Shown here: piece by piece, positions 1 through 12,826 of the stretch | Layout: the number at the start of each line of letters is the position of its first letter | Numbering within the stretch: the stretch's first letter is position 1 | Position numbers and translations under genes: made by a program | Source: Methanomassiliicoccaceae archaeon | GTDB lineage: Archaea > Thermoplasmatota > Thermoplasmata > Methanomassiliicoccales > Methanomassiliicoccaceae | Reading direction: 5' to 3' | DNA length: 64,000 nt | Assembly (NCBI GenBank): GCA_040776945.1 | Contig: JAXGZN010000001.1 | Span: forward strand, 1 to 64,000 | The notes under the pieces: generated by a model | Database searches by the model: none | Seen by the model: only the letters and a program-made list of their open reading frames with translations | Told to the model about the DNA's origin: nothing

Positions 1-101
1 CCAGGCAGTATCACTCTGATGCACCCGGAAAGTGCTCCTTTTCGGGGAAGTGGTGGAGAACGGACAGGATTATGGAAGAGGTCCTGCGTTTGATGAATAC
101 C

Positions 102-137
102 GATCATATGCAATTCGGACGTGTGTTAAGCCGACAC
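102..137 (+). other. 5' arm of the 23S pre-rRNA processing stem (bulge-helix-bulge-like); pairs with 3064-3099
   Basis: GATCATATGCAATTCG-GAC-gtg-TGTTAAGCCGACAC is complementary to GTGTCGGCTTAACA-GTC-aat-CGAATTGCGTATGATC, with two 3-nt bulges on opposite strands. Confidence 0.85.
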
Positions 138-143
138 AAGTAG

Positions 144-3058
<2,915 letters not shown>

Positions 3059-3543
3059 TGACAGTGTCGGCTTAACAGTCAATCGAATTGCGTATGATCT
3101 TAACTCTTCCAAATTTTACATTTTCTATACTCCAGCGTGAGCTGGAAAAATTCAAGGTGGATGGCATAAATCAGCGTAAGCTATGTTTCTTCACCATGGT
3201 TTTTGTAGATTTCTGGGAGGCCATAGGGCTTTCCTGAAAGTAGGTTATGTTCTTGAACGGCCTTTTCGAGATGGCCGGGCACATCGATCAGCGTAAGCTT
3301 TGAGCACGGGCGGCCAGATGATCGTTGGCTCTTATCTTCCAATTGCCGAGCATCCCGGGGATCGGCTCGACCCTGAATCTTGGCGAATCGCTGCACGTTC
3401 TGCGGCACAGGCCCGTACGGACGAGGAAGAGTGCGGCCATATGGCGATTATCGCGATCAAAGGGCCGCAGAATGCGCTTCTCGAAGGTCATCCCTAGGCC
3501 CGTCAGTAACCTAATTATCGTCACCTGTGGCAATTATTACTCG

Positions 3544-4548
3544 ATGATCGCATCGAGGAGCCTTCTAATGGCGTTGTTCGTGGTCATGTCATTTTCGGCA
3601 TCTTTCGCCCTTATCTCACCGGCCGACGCCGAAGGTGCATCCCCCGATCTCCCCCTTGCCCAAGACGAGGATGCCTCCGAAGCCCCGGTGGAAATGATGG
3701 TAGGCATATGGATCATCAACGCCTATGATTTCGACTATCCCTCGGGAAGGTACGTGTTCGACTTCTTCATCTACTTCCTTTGGTCGGACCCCGGCATCAG
3801 CGAGGTCAACTGGTACATCATGAACGGTTATCCCTCCACATCAGCGACGAAAGAGCTTGTGGATAGGAAGGAGATCGACGGCTTGTTCGTCGAGATCTAC
3901 AGAGTAAGGGCGAACCTCAGCTACTCGCTGGAAGCTGGCAACCATCCGTTCGAGGTCGTGAAACTGCCTATCAAGGTGGAGGTGACAAGCATCGACCGTC
4001 CGGTCCAATTGCTTTGGTCTACCCAGGAGAGCGGAGTGGACCCCAGCTTCAAGATCGTGGGCTGGAGAATGAAAGGGGTCGAATATGACGTTGAGCATCG
4101 GCAATACCCCTACGAGATCGGCTCCTACCAGGCCAGCATGAGCGTGTTAATAGAGCGGGAACTGCTTGTGGCCATTCCCCAGCTGGTCCTCCCGCCGATC
4201 ATATTCTGCATCGTTTCCGCGTTCTCTTACCTGCTCCGCATGGATGACGGCTCGGCCTTCGGGCTGAGGTTCGGGCTCAACACTTCCATGCTCATCTCTG
4301 CGGTGCTCTTCGCTGTCGCCGTGCAAAACATCCTTCCGCCGACATCCACCATCAACTTTTACACTGTTTTCGTGATCGGCGTGTTCATCTTCCTGGCCTC
4401 GAACATAGTGGTCACCATTCTGGGCTATGTCGAGTTCAACTACATGGACAACCCACAGGTCCTGAGGGCGATCAATCGGTACGGCGTCCTGGCCTCGGTC
4501 ATGATATCGCTTGCGGTCCTGGGAGTGGCGATCTATTCCATGATCTAG
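3544..4548 (+). CDS. Prokaryotic pentameric ligand-gated ion channel (GLIC/ELIC-like Pro-loop receptor)
   Basis: Signal peptide, then a beta-rich ectodomain (PVEMMVGIWI..., YVFDFFIYFLWSDP), Pro-loop HPFE (cf. YPFD), pre-M1 'IER', M1 proline (LVLPPII), M2-M3 'LPPTS' and four TM helices. Start set at ATG 3544. Confidence 0.75.
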   Translation: MIASRSLLMALFVVMSFSASFALISPADAEGASPDLPLAQDEDASEAPVEMMVGIWIINAYDFDYPSGRYVFDFFIYFLWSDPGISEVNWYIMNGYPSTSATKELVDRKEIDGLFVEIYRVRANLSYSLEAGNHPFEVVKLPIKVEVTSIDRPVQLLWSTQESGVDPSFKIVGWRMKGVEYDVEHRQYPYEIGSYQASMSVLIERELLVAIPQLVLPPIIFCIVSAFSYLLRMDDGSAFGLRFGLNTSMLISAVLFAVAVQNILPPTSTINFYTVFVIGVFIFLASNIVVTILGYVEFNYMDNPQVLRAINRYGVLASVMISLAVLGVAIYSMI

Positions 4549-4632
4549 CTTCCGATCGCACCGTCGGAATGCCGGTGCGGGCAGCAGGTCCGCATGTCCC
4601 TTGAGCACTCGTCCTACAGAGGGCGCGAGGAC

Positions 4633-5199
4633 CTATTCATCTCCAACGCCGTAGCGTTCCTTGATCTGCCTGATCATCTTGTCCAGCTCATGATAGTTCC
4701 GGCGGCCGAGGTCCAAGACCTTGCCGCTCGACAGTTCGAGCCTGAGGTTCGTTGGCATCCTCTCCATCTTTCCGTCGACGCTGACCTCGATCCTGCGGAC
4801 AATGAGCTTGGATATGTCCTCCTTCGGTATGAAACCAGGAAATCCCCGGACCTCCTCAAGGAATGACGTGTGCACCTCGATCCCCTTGGACCACACCTTC
4901 ACCGGATAGCTCATCCTGCGCCCGCGCGGACTGATGACCTCGGTGACGTACACCATCAACACCAGGGCTATGAACAGGAAGATGACGTTCGCCAAGCTGG
5001 ACATCGTCCCTAGGTCCGTTGAGGTCGCCAAGTGGACAATGTAGATGAACAGCCCGATCCCCGCAGCCCTGCCGAGGTTCTCAAAGATGCCCCATCTCTT
5101 GCCGGCCAGGATCTTCCTGGGCCTCAGCTTCTTCGGTATAGTCTCGGTGAACAGCAGTTCGCCTTTGGTCTCGTCGACCGGCCTTGGTCCTTTGGCCAT
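4633..5199 (-). CDS. Hypothetical membrane protein (2 TM helices)
   Basis: ORF with host-like codon usage and two hydrophobic segments. Start ATG 5199 chosen. Confidence 0.65.
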   Translation of the reverse strand: MAKGPRPVDETKGELLFTETIPKKLRPRKILAGKRWGIFENLGRAAGIGLFIYIVHLATSTDLGTMSSLANVIFLFIALVLMVYVTEVISPRGRRMSYPVKVWSKGIEVHTSFLEEVRGFPGFIPKEDISKLIVRRIEVSVDGKMERMPTNLRLELSSGKVLDLGRRNYHELDKMIRQIKERYGVGDE

Positions 5200-5238
5200 C
5201 GTCAAGGTGAAGTATAGGGAAATCAAGTACCTTTGCCT

Positions 5239-6351
5239 TCATCGCTCCTCGTCTGGCGGAATGAGCGATTGGAGCCGCTGCACTGCCTCCAGCTTCTCCC
5301 TCTTCTTGATCTTGGCTTCCGCCACCCCCCGCTCCAGGCATTCCACCGTCCGGCCCATGCCCTTGCGGTCCGCAGGATAGGGGACGCCGTCCTTTCCACC
5401 TACCGAGAAGGAGAACCTCACCGGGTCACGCCAGCTCGGCTCCGCACCATGGACCAGTTCCCCTGTCAAGGCCAGCGCGCGGACCGCGGACGGGCCCAGG
5501 CCCCTGATGGCAAGAAGCTCCTCGTAATCGGAGGGTTGGACCTCATAGGCGGCGCGCAGCGCCTTCCAGTTCACCGTGCGGGGCATGTGCAGCTTCATCG
5601 GCCGGAGTCCGCACCACTCGTCCAGAGTGCTCTGCCCCCGGGCCACAAGCAGTATGTCCTTCTCCAAATGCTGCACGCCGTCGCACACCAGGTCCACCGC
5701 CACCTTCCTGGACTCCCCAGAGTCCGGGGCGGTCATGTCCAAGGCCTCGTCGGTCCGCCGGCCGACGATTGCAGTGTGGGGTTCCTCGACGAAGCGGTGC
5801 ACCGAGCCGCTGTTCCACTGGTACCTCCTCGCGTACCCTGATGGATCGCACATGCCTTGCTGCACTACCGTCCAGTTGCCATCAGGATCGAAGATCAGAG
5901 CGTGGTGATACAGACTATGGCCGTCCTGTATCGCCGCACTGTCGACCTTGGCGCACATCCTGGACACGTAAACCAGGCGCCCCTGCTGCTCCTCAGAGAG
6001 ATCGCACAGATCGGCGTGGAAGACTATCTCTTCCGGCGTTCTGAGCGATGCCCTGCCCTTCCCCCCGACCATCAGCAGGTCCTTTCGGCCCTCCAATGAT
6101 CTCTTCAGAGCCCCGCAGGTGACCGTTGTAGAGCCGGAGGATAGCTGGTCGAAGCCCAGAACGCATGAGAAGGCCTGGAACCAGAAAGGGTCGGCCAGTT
6201 GCCGGAGGTACTCCTTGCTCCCGCATTCCCTCACCATCACGTCCGATATCGCGCCGGCCAGCTTCACCATCCGGTTGAACAGCCAACGGGGAACGCTGCC
6301 GGTTTGGAGGGGGAGGTCGGTGATGCCGGTGCGGGACACGCTCTCGCTCAC
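5239..6351 (-). CDS. DUF763 family protein
   Basis: DLPL..G.VPRWLF.RM, DPFWFQAFSCVLGFD..SSG.TT, AKVDSAAIQDG..LYHH, WTVVQQGM and FSFSVGGKDGVPYP motifs. Confidence 0.9.
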   Translation of the reverse strand: MSESVSRTGITDLPLQTGSVPRWLFNRMVKLAGAISDVMVRECGSKEYLRQLADPFWFQAFSCVLGFDQLSSGSTTVTCGALKRSLEGRKDLLMVGGKGRASLRTPEEIVFHADLCDLSEEQQGRLVYVSRMCAKVDSAAIQDGHSLYHHALIFDPDGNWTVVQQGMCDPSGYARRYQWNSGSVHRFVEEPHTAIVGRRTDEALDMTAPDSGESRKVAVDLVCDGVQHLEKDILLVARGQSTLDEWCGLRPMKLHMPRTVNWKALRAAYEVQPSDYEELLAIRGLGPSAVRALALTGELVHGAEPSWRDPVRFSFSVGGKDGVPYPADRKGMGRTVECLERGVAEAKIKKREKLEAVQRLQSLIPPDEER

Positions 6352-6540
6352 GACCGCTCAAGGCATAAACGTTTCCAGGGGTCAGGCGGTGAACGACGCC
6401 TTCTTCCAACGATCGTCCCAATGCCTCGGCGGTTCGCGCCGCCGGACAGCGCGTTCCGGTCCTTGGAGCGCTCCCCGGCAGGCGAAAGTCATCTCTCAGC
6501 GGCAGAAGTGACAGCAGTGCCACGGGGGTGGGGCGCCGGA

Positions 6541-6942
6541 TCAGGGCGAGAACATAGTGGTGGTCGCCGTCGGCAGCACGCTCCGCAGCCTCACCATGTG
6601 CGGATGGAACAGTCTCATTTGGTCGGGGAACTCCGGCTCCCGGCCGACGATCTTGGACACTGCCCTCACCTCGGCCCTGCCCATCACCTTCCACGAGCCT
6701 CCGCCCTCGTCCCCGGTGTCGGTCATGATTATGATAGGCAGCCTAAGCTTGGACCGGTCCGCGGGATCGACGATGGAGGCCAAATGCTCCAGCTCGCCTC
6801 GCTTGATGTGGTAGCGGATGCCGTCCTTCCCTTCATAACCTGCCTCCGCGGCCTTCAGGAGATCGGCCAGGGAGGCCCGCTTGGACGGAACGTGTCTGTT
6901 CATCATCTCCAGGAGCTTGCGTATCTGGGTCTCGTCCTGCAT
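6541..6942 (-). CDS. DUF61 / UPF0216 family protein
   Basis: MNRHVPSKRASLADLL...KDG..Y.I...ELE...LRLPIII pattern typical of archaeal DUF61. Confidence 0.75.
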   Translation of the reverse strand: MQDETQIRKLLEMMNRHVPSKRASLADLLKAAEAGYEGKDGIRYHIKRGELEHLASIVDPADRSKLRLPIIIMTDTGDEGGGSWKVMGRAEVRAVSKIVGREPEFPDQMRLFHPHMVRLRSVLPTATTTMFSP

Positions 6943-7069
6943 CGCTCTGCACTAGGTCAAGGGAAGGTATGAACCTTTGGCCGGGACGGTTCGAGCGCTC
7001 ATTTAGATCCCGGCCCATCCTGCTGAGGGCATTTCGCCCAGTTCAGGGAGAGCGATTAATATCGTTAAG

Positions 7070-8374
7070 GTGCATGTGATGACGAGAACGATGACCCTGG
7101 AAGACCGACCGGACCTGAAGGCCATGCTGGAGACGCATCCATGCTACAATGAGTGCGCCCACCGTAAGTTCGCCCGGATGCACCTGCCTATCGCGCCGAA
7201 GTGCAACATACAGTGCAATTTCTGCAACCGTAAGTACGACTGCACCAACGAGTCCAGGCCCGGCGTGACCTCGGAAGTGCTCACCCCGGAGGAAGCGGTG
7301 GAGAAGATACGCTTCGTCAAGACCAAGGTCCCGTACCTCAGCGTCATCGGCATTGCCGGACCAGGGGACCCGCTGGCCAACGAGGAAACGTTCCGCGCGC
7401 TGGAGCTGGTGGGGAAGGAGTTCCCAGAGCTCACCCTGTGCCTGAGCACCAATGGACTGAACCTGCCGAAAAGCGTGGACAGGCTGAGGGACCTCGGCGT
7501 TAGGTTCCTCACCGTCACCGTGAACGCCATCGAGCCCGAGGTCGGCGCCAAGGTCTATGACTTCGTGCACTATGAGGGCAAGAGCTATCACGGCAAGGAG
7601 GCCGCGGAGATTCTCCTCCGGAACCAGCAGGAGGGGATCAAGAGGGCGGTTGAAGCTGGGATGCTGGTCAAGGTGAACTCTGTGCTCATCCCGGGCATCA
7701 ATGCCGATCATCTGCCGGCGGTGGCGAAGAAGGCGAAGGAGCTCGGGGCGTACATCATCAACATCCTTCCGCTGATACCGGTTCCGGGCACCAAGTTCGA
7801 GAACCTCTCTGCGCCGACCGCCAAGCAGCGCAAGGAGCTTCAGGACCTGTGCGAGGTGGATATCAGACAGATGCGCCACTGCCGCCAATGCCGGGCGGAC
7901 GCCATCGGCCTTCTGGGGGAGGACCGTTCGGCGGAGTTCGCCCACTTCACCTGCGCCGCCTCGGCCAAGGGAGAGCAGAGCGGCCCCTTGATGATGGAGG
8001 TGGAGGGCGACACCAAGTACCGCATCGCAGTGGCCTCCAGCGACGGGAAGAACGTCGACCAGCACTTCGGCCAGTCCCCGGTGTTCCACGTGTTCATGGT
8101 CGAAGGACCTTCGATCCTCGAGCGCGAGGGCATCGATGTCAGCGAGCTGCAGGAGGTCCCGCTGTTCGGACCGGAGCATCGGGCCAAGCTGGAGAGCACG
8201 GCGGAGAAGCTGAGGGGCGTTGACGCCGTCATATCCACCCAGTTCGGGGAGATCGCCATCAAGGTTCTGAGGGACAGAGGCATCATACCGATCGAGGACG
8301 CTGGTGACGTCAAGTACGTGCTGCGCAAGGCGACCGAATCGATCTTCAAGGAGCGGTCGGCCACCTTCCAGTGA
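7070..8374 (+). CDS. nifB: NifB-type radical SAM protein with C-terminal NifX/NifB-like domain
   Basis: HPCY, ARMHLPIAPKCNIQCNFC (CxxxCxxC), ESRPGV, AGPGDPLAN and CRQCRADA, then IAVASSDG..VDQHFG (dinitrogenase FeMo-cofactor domain). Confidence 0.9.
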   Translation: MHVMTRTMTLEDRPDLKAMLETHPCYNECAHRKFARMHLPIAPKCNIQCNFCNRKYDCTNESRPGVTSEVLTPEEAVEKIRFVKTKVPYLSVIGIAGPGDPLANEETFRALELVGKEFPELTLCLSTNGLNLPKSVDRLRDLGVRFLTVTVNAIEPEVGAKVYDFVHYEGKSYHGKEAAEILLRNQQEGIKRAVEAGMLVKVNSVLIPGINADHLPAVAKKAKELGAYIINILPLIPVPGTKFENLSAPTAKQRKELQDLCEVDIRQMRHCRQCRADAIGLLGEDRSAEFAHFTCAASAKGEQSGPLMMEVEGDTKYRIAVASSDGKNVDQHFGQSPVFHVFMVEGPSILEREGIDVSELQEVPLFGPEHRAKLESTAEKLRGVDAVISTQFGEIAIKVLRDRGIIPIEDAGDVKYVLRKATESIFKERSATFQ

Positions 8375-8384
8375 AGTGATCGGC

Positions 8385-9983
8385 ATGAAGGGCTCGGAGC
8401 TGCTCGTCAGATGCCTGGAGGCTGAGGGCGTGGAGCGCGTGTTCGGCATACCAGGGGAGGAGAACCTCGACCTCATGGACTCTCTTCGGGATTCTAGCAT
8501 CGAGTTCGTTCTAACACGTCATGAGAGCAGCGCGGCGTTCATGGCCGGGATGACCGGCCGGCTGACCTCGAGGCCGGGGGTGTGCCTCACCACGCTGGGC
8601 CCGGGGGCGGCGAACATGGTCATCGGGGTGGGGGAGGCGTACCTGGGATATCAGCCCATGGTCGCCCTGAGCGGGCAGCTCAGTCGAGCGTGTCAGCGCG
8701 AGCCGAGGAAGCAGTTCTTGGACCTTATGTCGGTCTTCCGTCCGATCACCAAGGAGGCCATCTCCATCGGGACCGCTTCTGAGGTGCCCTCGGCGGCCAG
8801 GCGGGCGTTCGACGTGGCCTCCGGGGAGCGCCCGGGACCGGTATACCTGGAGCTGCCGGAGGACGTGATGAAGGCGAGCTGCGTGGGAGAGCCGTCTCTG
8901 GCAGTCAGGCCGGAGGCCTCGCGTCGCGCTCCGGACGTAAGCGGCGTCGCCGACCTCCTGTCAAGCGCTCAGCGCCCGATCGTCCTGGCCGGTGCGGGAG
9001 TGGTGCGTGCGCGCGCCTCCGCCGAGCTGGTGCGCTTCGTGGAGCGGTGGAACGTCCCGGTGGCGATGACGTGGCTGGGCTCCGGCGCCGTGCCGTTCGA
9101 TCACCCGCTGAGCCTGGGGACGGTGGGGTTGAGGAAGGCGGACATGGCGAGAGCGGCGTTCGAGGCCGCGGACCTCGTGGTCCTGGCCGGCTTCGACCTG
9201 ATAGAGTTCGAGCCGCAGTACTGGAACTTCGGAACGGCGAAGAAGGTGGCGTACATCGGGGCGGCGCCATGCGATTCCGTCCCGGGGTTCTCGCCGGACG
9301 TCCAAGTAGTGGGGGATTTGAACCGGTCGCTGCGGGATCTCGCCGGCATCGGAGGGGCGGGGACCAACTGGACCGAGGAGTTAAAGGCAAGGCTCTTGGA
9401 CCAGATCGAACAGGTGCCTCCGGAAGGACGAGGCGTCAAGCCGCAGGCCATCGTGCGCGCCATCCGGAACGCGCTGGGCCGTGAGGACGTCGCGGTCTCG
9501 GACGTCGGGGCGCACCTGCTGTGGATGGCGCAGCGGTATCCGGTGTACAAAGAGAACACGCTGCTGCTGAGCAACGGCCTAATACCGATGGGCGTAGGCG
9601 TGCCGTGGGCCATCGCCGCCAAACTGGCATGTCCGGAGCGGAAAGTGGTTGCATCCGTGGGTGATGGGAGCTTCGCCATGACCTCGATGGAACTGATGAC
9701 TGCGAAGGAGCAGGGGGCGCCTATCGTCACCGTAGTGTGGGACGACAATGAGCTCGCGCTCGTCCGGATAAAGCAGGAGAGGGCCTTCGGCCGCAGTCAC
9801 GGCATCGAGCTCGGTAATCCGGACATCGTCAGGTACGCGGAGTCACTGGGCGTCGCCGGCTACCGCGTCTCGACCGGTGTTGAGCTGGGCGAGGCGCTCG
9901 CGCGCTGCCTGCGGGACGATGAGATAGCGGTGATCGATGTCGCGGTGGACCGCAAGGAGGCGGCGAGGCTTATGCCCCCATGA
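8385..9983 (+). CDS. ilvB: Acetolactate synthase large subunit-like ThDP-dependent enzyme
   Basis: FGIPGEENL, RHESSAAFMA, TLGPGA, DVGAH and the ThDP motif GDGSF...DDN. ATG lies 10 nt after the nifB stop. Confidence 0.88.
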   Translation: MKGSELLVRCLEAEGVERVFGIPGEENLDLMDSLRDSSIEFVLTRHESSAAFMAGMTGRLTSRPGVCLTTLGPGAANMVIGVGEAYLGYQPMVALSGQLSRACQREPRKQFLDLMSVFRPITKEAISIGTASEVPSAARRAFDVASGERPGPVYLELPEDVMKASCVGEPSLAVRPEASRRAPDVSGVADLLSSAQRPIVLAGAGVVRARASAELVRFVERWNVPVAMTWLGSGAVPFDHPLSLGTVGLRKADMARAAFEAADLVVLAGFDLIEFEPQYWNFGTAKKVAYIGAAPCDSVPGFSPDVQVVGDLNRSLRDLAGIGGAGTNWTEELKARLLDQIEQVPPEGRGVKPQAIVRAIRNALGREDVAVSDVGAHLLWMAQRYPVYKENTLLLSNGLIPMGVGVPWAIAAKLACPERKVVASVGDGSFAMTSMELMTAKEQGAPIVTVVWDDNELALVRIKQERAFGRSHGIELGNPDIVRYAESLGVAGYRVSTGVELGEALARCLRDDEIAVIDVAVDRKEAARLMPP

Positions 9984-10344
9984 TGCAGGCCTCAACTCCG
10001 TGAAGTCCCTGCTCATTCATACTTTTTAAAGCAGAAGGCGATGAAAAGGGGTTGGCACTCATGATCGCTATTTATTTCCGCCTCTGATTATTTCTGTCTC
10101 AATCAGCTCTTAACTGGTCATCACATCAACAATGGATTGAACGATCTTCCTTGATGGAGAAAAATCCACTGGTTTCAATTTTCCTGGATCGCTGATATAA
10201 GCTATCTGAACAAATGCGCGTTCATGACTCACTTTCGGTCACGTCCGAATAAGTTCTTTAAATCCAATGTGCATTTCATTGATTGGGCATATGATCGCCA
10301 AAGGAAGAATATTGGCGATTTTCGGAGCAGACATCACTAGCAGC

Positions 10345-10420
10345 TAATATGCAATATTATATATATATTATCAATATAATAGAAATAAATAATTATTATA
10401 TACTTATTGAACTATTTCAT
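10345..10420 (+). promoter_or_regulatory. Extremely AT-rich region upstream of cas3; probable cas operon promoter
   Basis: TATTATATATATATTATCAATATAATAGAAATAAATAATTATTATATA directly before the GTG start. Several TATA-like boxes. Confidence 0.55.
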
Positions 10421-10432
10421 TCTGGGGATCTT

Positions 10433-12826
10433 GTGAGAACGAGATACGTAGATTTGTTCATACAAGCTACAGGTTTCAAGCCCTACCCATACCAAATCGA
10501 GCTAGCTACCTCAGAGCATTGGCCAGAGGTCATAGAGGTAGAGACCGGAGTTGGAAAGACGGCAGCGATCGTCACAGCATGGCTTTTTAAGCGAAGGTTC
10601 TCGACCTGTGAAGCAAAGGCATCCACTCCAAGGCGACTTATCATTTGTTTACCGACCAGAGTGCTTGTGGAGCAGACCTATCTGTCTGCAATGAGCATCC
10701 TGAGGAGGCTGGGCATTGGATCTGATTTTTATGATACCGAAGGCAGACGTGACGATGGTGTGCTGATCTCAGTTCTTTGGGGCGGCGATGTAGATAATGA
10801 CATTGATCATTTTCCAGAACGCGATATGATAATCGTCGGAACTCAAGACATGCTCCTATCGAGAGCCCTTAACCGAGGATATGCGATGAGCAAGTTCCGA
10901 TGGCCCGCCCATTTTGCAATATTGAACAACGATTGCCTTTGGGTCATGGATGAGGTCCAACTCATGGGGCCAGGACTGCAGACATCAGCTCAGCTTGAGG
11001 CATTTCGTTCTCGGATGGGCACGGTAGGAAACCATTTTACGATATGGATGAGCGCAACAATGGACCTGACGGGCATCAATACGGTGGATCATCCTTTGGA
11101 CATGAACTATGTTCGAACCCTTAGGCTCAGTTCCGAGGATAAGGTCAATATGCAGGTGTCGTCGATCCTCGAAGCGAAAAAGACCGTCCGTGTATCTCCT
11201 GTGAACCTTGAGAAGGATGAGAAGAAGAACGGAAAGGCCATAGCTGCCAGGATAAAGGAGATCCATGAACCCGAGTCCCTTACCTTGGTCATAGTGAACA
11301 CAGTTTCGAGAGCTAGAGCTATCTTTTCTGAGCTTGAGAGGATGGGCGATAAGACACCCATTGTTCTCTTGCATTCCCATTATCGCCCATCCGATAGATC
11401 CCTTCAGTATGAGAGAATAAAGCAAGAGGACGACCTCATAGTTGTAAGCACGCAGGTGGTGGAGGCAGGCGCGGACATTTCATCAAAGAACATGATCACG
11501 GACCTAGCGCCATGGCCCTCTATGGTCCAGAGGTTCGGCCGTTGTAATCGTCGCGGTGAGCATTCCGAAGCGACCATCGAGTGGTTGGACCCAGGAATCG
11601 AACTCGATCCGAAGGGGGTGCTCCCCTATGAGGTCGATGACCTGTCGCATTCCCGTGAATTGATCATGAATCAATCCGATGGTTCGCCATCGGCCATTTC
11701 CAGACTGAGTGCTCAGCGTCCATCCAAGATCTTACCGGTCATAAGGCGTAAGGACCTGGTGGATCTGTTCGATACGACGCCTGATCTGTTGGGGAACGAG
11801 CTGGACATCTCTAGGTTCATCAGAGCGAACGACAACAAGGATGTTTTCGTGTTCTGGAGGACTATCATAGATGGAACGCCGAATGTGACAGCGGCGCCTT
11901 CTCCTGAGGAGCTGTGCAGCGTACCCATAGGCGATATATCAAAATTCGTGGATAAGAACGATGCATGGATCTGGGACCATGTGGTTGGGAAATGGTCAAA
12001 GATCTTGCAAGGTGAGGCACGGTCGGTCCGTCCGGGTCAAATAATCCTTCTTGATCGAGAAAAAGGAGGCTATTCGGCTTCAAGGGGATGGACAGGGTCC
12101 GAAAAGGATATCCCGACCGCCATCGAGAATCGAGAGGGGTTGAGGTCCGATAGTTTGAACTCCGATGCTTGGTCCGACACGGGGTGGATCACGCTTATGG
12201 ACCACACCGAACATGTGATCAAAGAGGTCGAAGGGCTTGGAACGGTGATTCCCCCTGAACACATGGATGTCCTTAAAGAGGCAGCCAAGTGGCATGACAT
12301 AGGTAAGGCCCATGAAGCTTTCCAGAACATGATCCTAATGGATGAGGGGAGGAGAGATGCAGTGTGGGGGAAAGCACCAAGACAGAACGGTGCTCAATTC
12401 TTCACGACCTCCAAAGAAGGAAGGAAAATCCTCAGGCCATATTTCCGTCATGAGCTGGCATCCGCTTTGGCATATATGGCCAGACAAGGGAGGAGTCCCA
12501 CGAACGACCTCATTGCATATCTGATCGCTGCGCATCACGGCAAGGTTAGAGTTACTCTTAGGTCGGTGCCATCTGAAAATGGACCGGATACCAGCACTCT
12601 GTTCGCACGAGGCGTATGGGATGGGGACGTGATAAGCTTCCCTGACATGATCGGCACCGATATAATTCTAGATCTAACCCCCATCCGCTTGGGAACCTCG
12701 AGCTGGTCAAACATGTCAATAAGGTTGCGTGATAGGATCGACATGGGCCCTTTTAGATTGGCCTATTTGGAAACGATGTTGCGCATTGCCGATTGGAGGG
12801 CTTCGAAGAAGGAGGCCATGGCATGA
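10433..12826 (+). CDS. cas3: Cas3 helicase-nuclease, type I-G arrangement (HD domain C-terminal)
   Basis: Walker A ETGVGKT, DEVQL, SAT and QRFGRCNR, with C-terminal WHDIGKA, HELAS and AHHGK. Likely start GTG 10433. Confidence 0.95.
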   Translation: MRTRYVDLFIQATGFKPYPYQIELATSEHWPEVIEVETGVGKTAAIVTAWLFKRRFSTCEAKASTPRRLIICLPTRVLVEQTYLSAMSILRRLGIGSDFYDTEGRRDDGVLISVLWGGDVDNDIDHFPERDMIIVGTQDMLLSRALNRGYAMSKFRWPAHFAILNNDCLWVMDEVQLMGPGLQTSAQLEAFRSRMGTVGNHFTIWMSATMDLTGINTVDHPLDMNYVRTLRLSSEDKVNMQVSSILEAKKTVRVSPVNLEKDEKKNGKAIAARIKEIHEPESLTLVIVNTVSRARAIFSELERMGDKTPIVLLHSHYRPSDRSLQYERIKQEDDLIVVSTQVVEAGADISSKNMITDLAPWPSMVQRFGRCNRRGEHSEATIEWLDPGIELDPKGVLPYEVDDLSHSRELIMNQSDGSPSAISRLSAQRPSKILPVIRRKDLVDLFDTTPDLLGNELDISRFIRANDNKDVFVFWRTIIDGTPNVTAAPSPEELCSVPIGDISKFVDKNDAWIWDHVVGKWSKILQGEARSVRPGQIILLDREKGGYSASRGWTGSEKDIPTAIENREGLRSDSLNSDAWSDTGWITLMDHTEHVIKEVEGLGTVIPPEHMDVLKEAAKWHDIGKAHEAFQNMILMDEGRRDAVWGKAPRQNGAQFFTTSKEGRKILRPYFRHELASALAYMARQGRSPTNDLIAYLIAAHHGKVRVTLRSVPSENGPDTSTLFARGVWDGDVISFPDMIGTDIILDLTPIRLGTSSWSNMSIRLRDRIDMGPFRLAYLETMLRIADWRASKKEAMA

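Noticed and set aside
10172-10256. Possible reverse-strand mini-CRISPR (CreA-like) upstream of cas3: GTTTCAATT at 10172 and TTCGGTCACGTCCG at ~10234
   Set aside because: Only ~12/36 ungapped identity for one copy and gaps are needed for the other; not distinguishable from chance by eye.
10349-10432. N-terminal extension of Cas3 (MQYYIYIINII...)
   Set aside because: Translation of the AT-rich promoter; GTG 10433 is the more plausible start.
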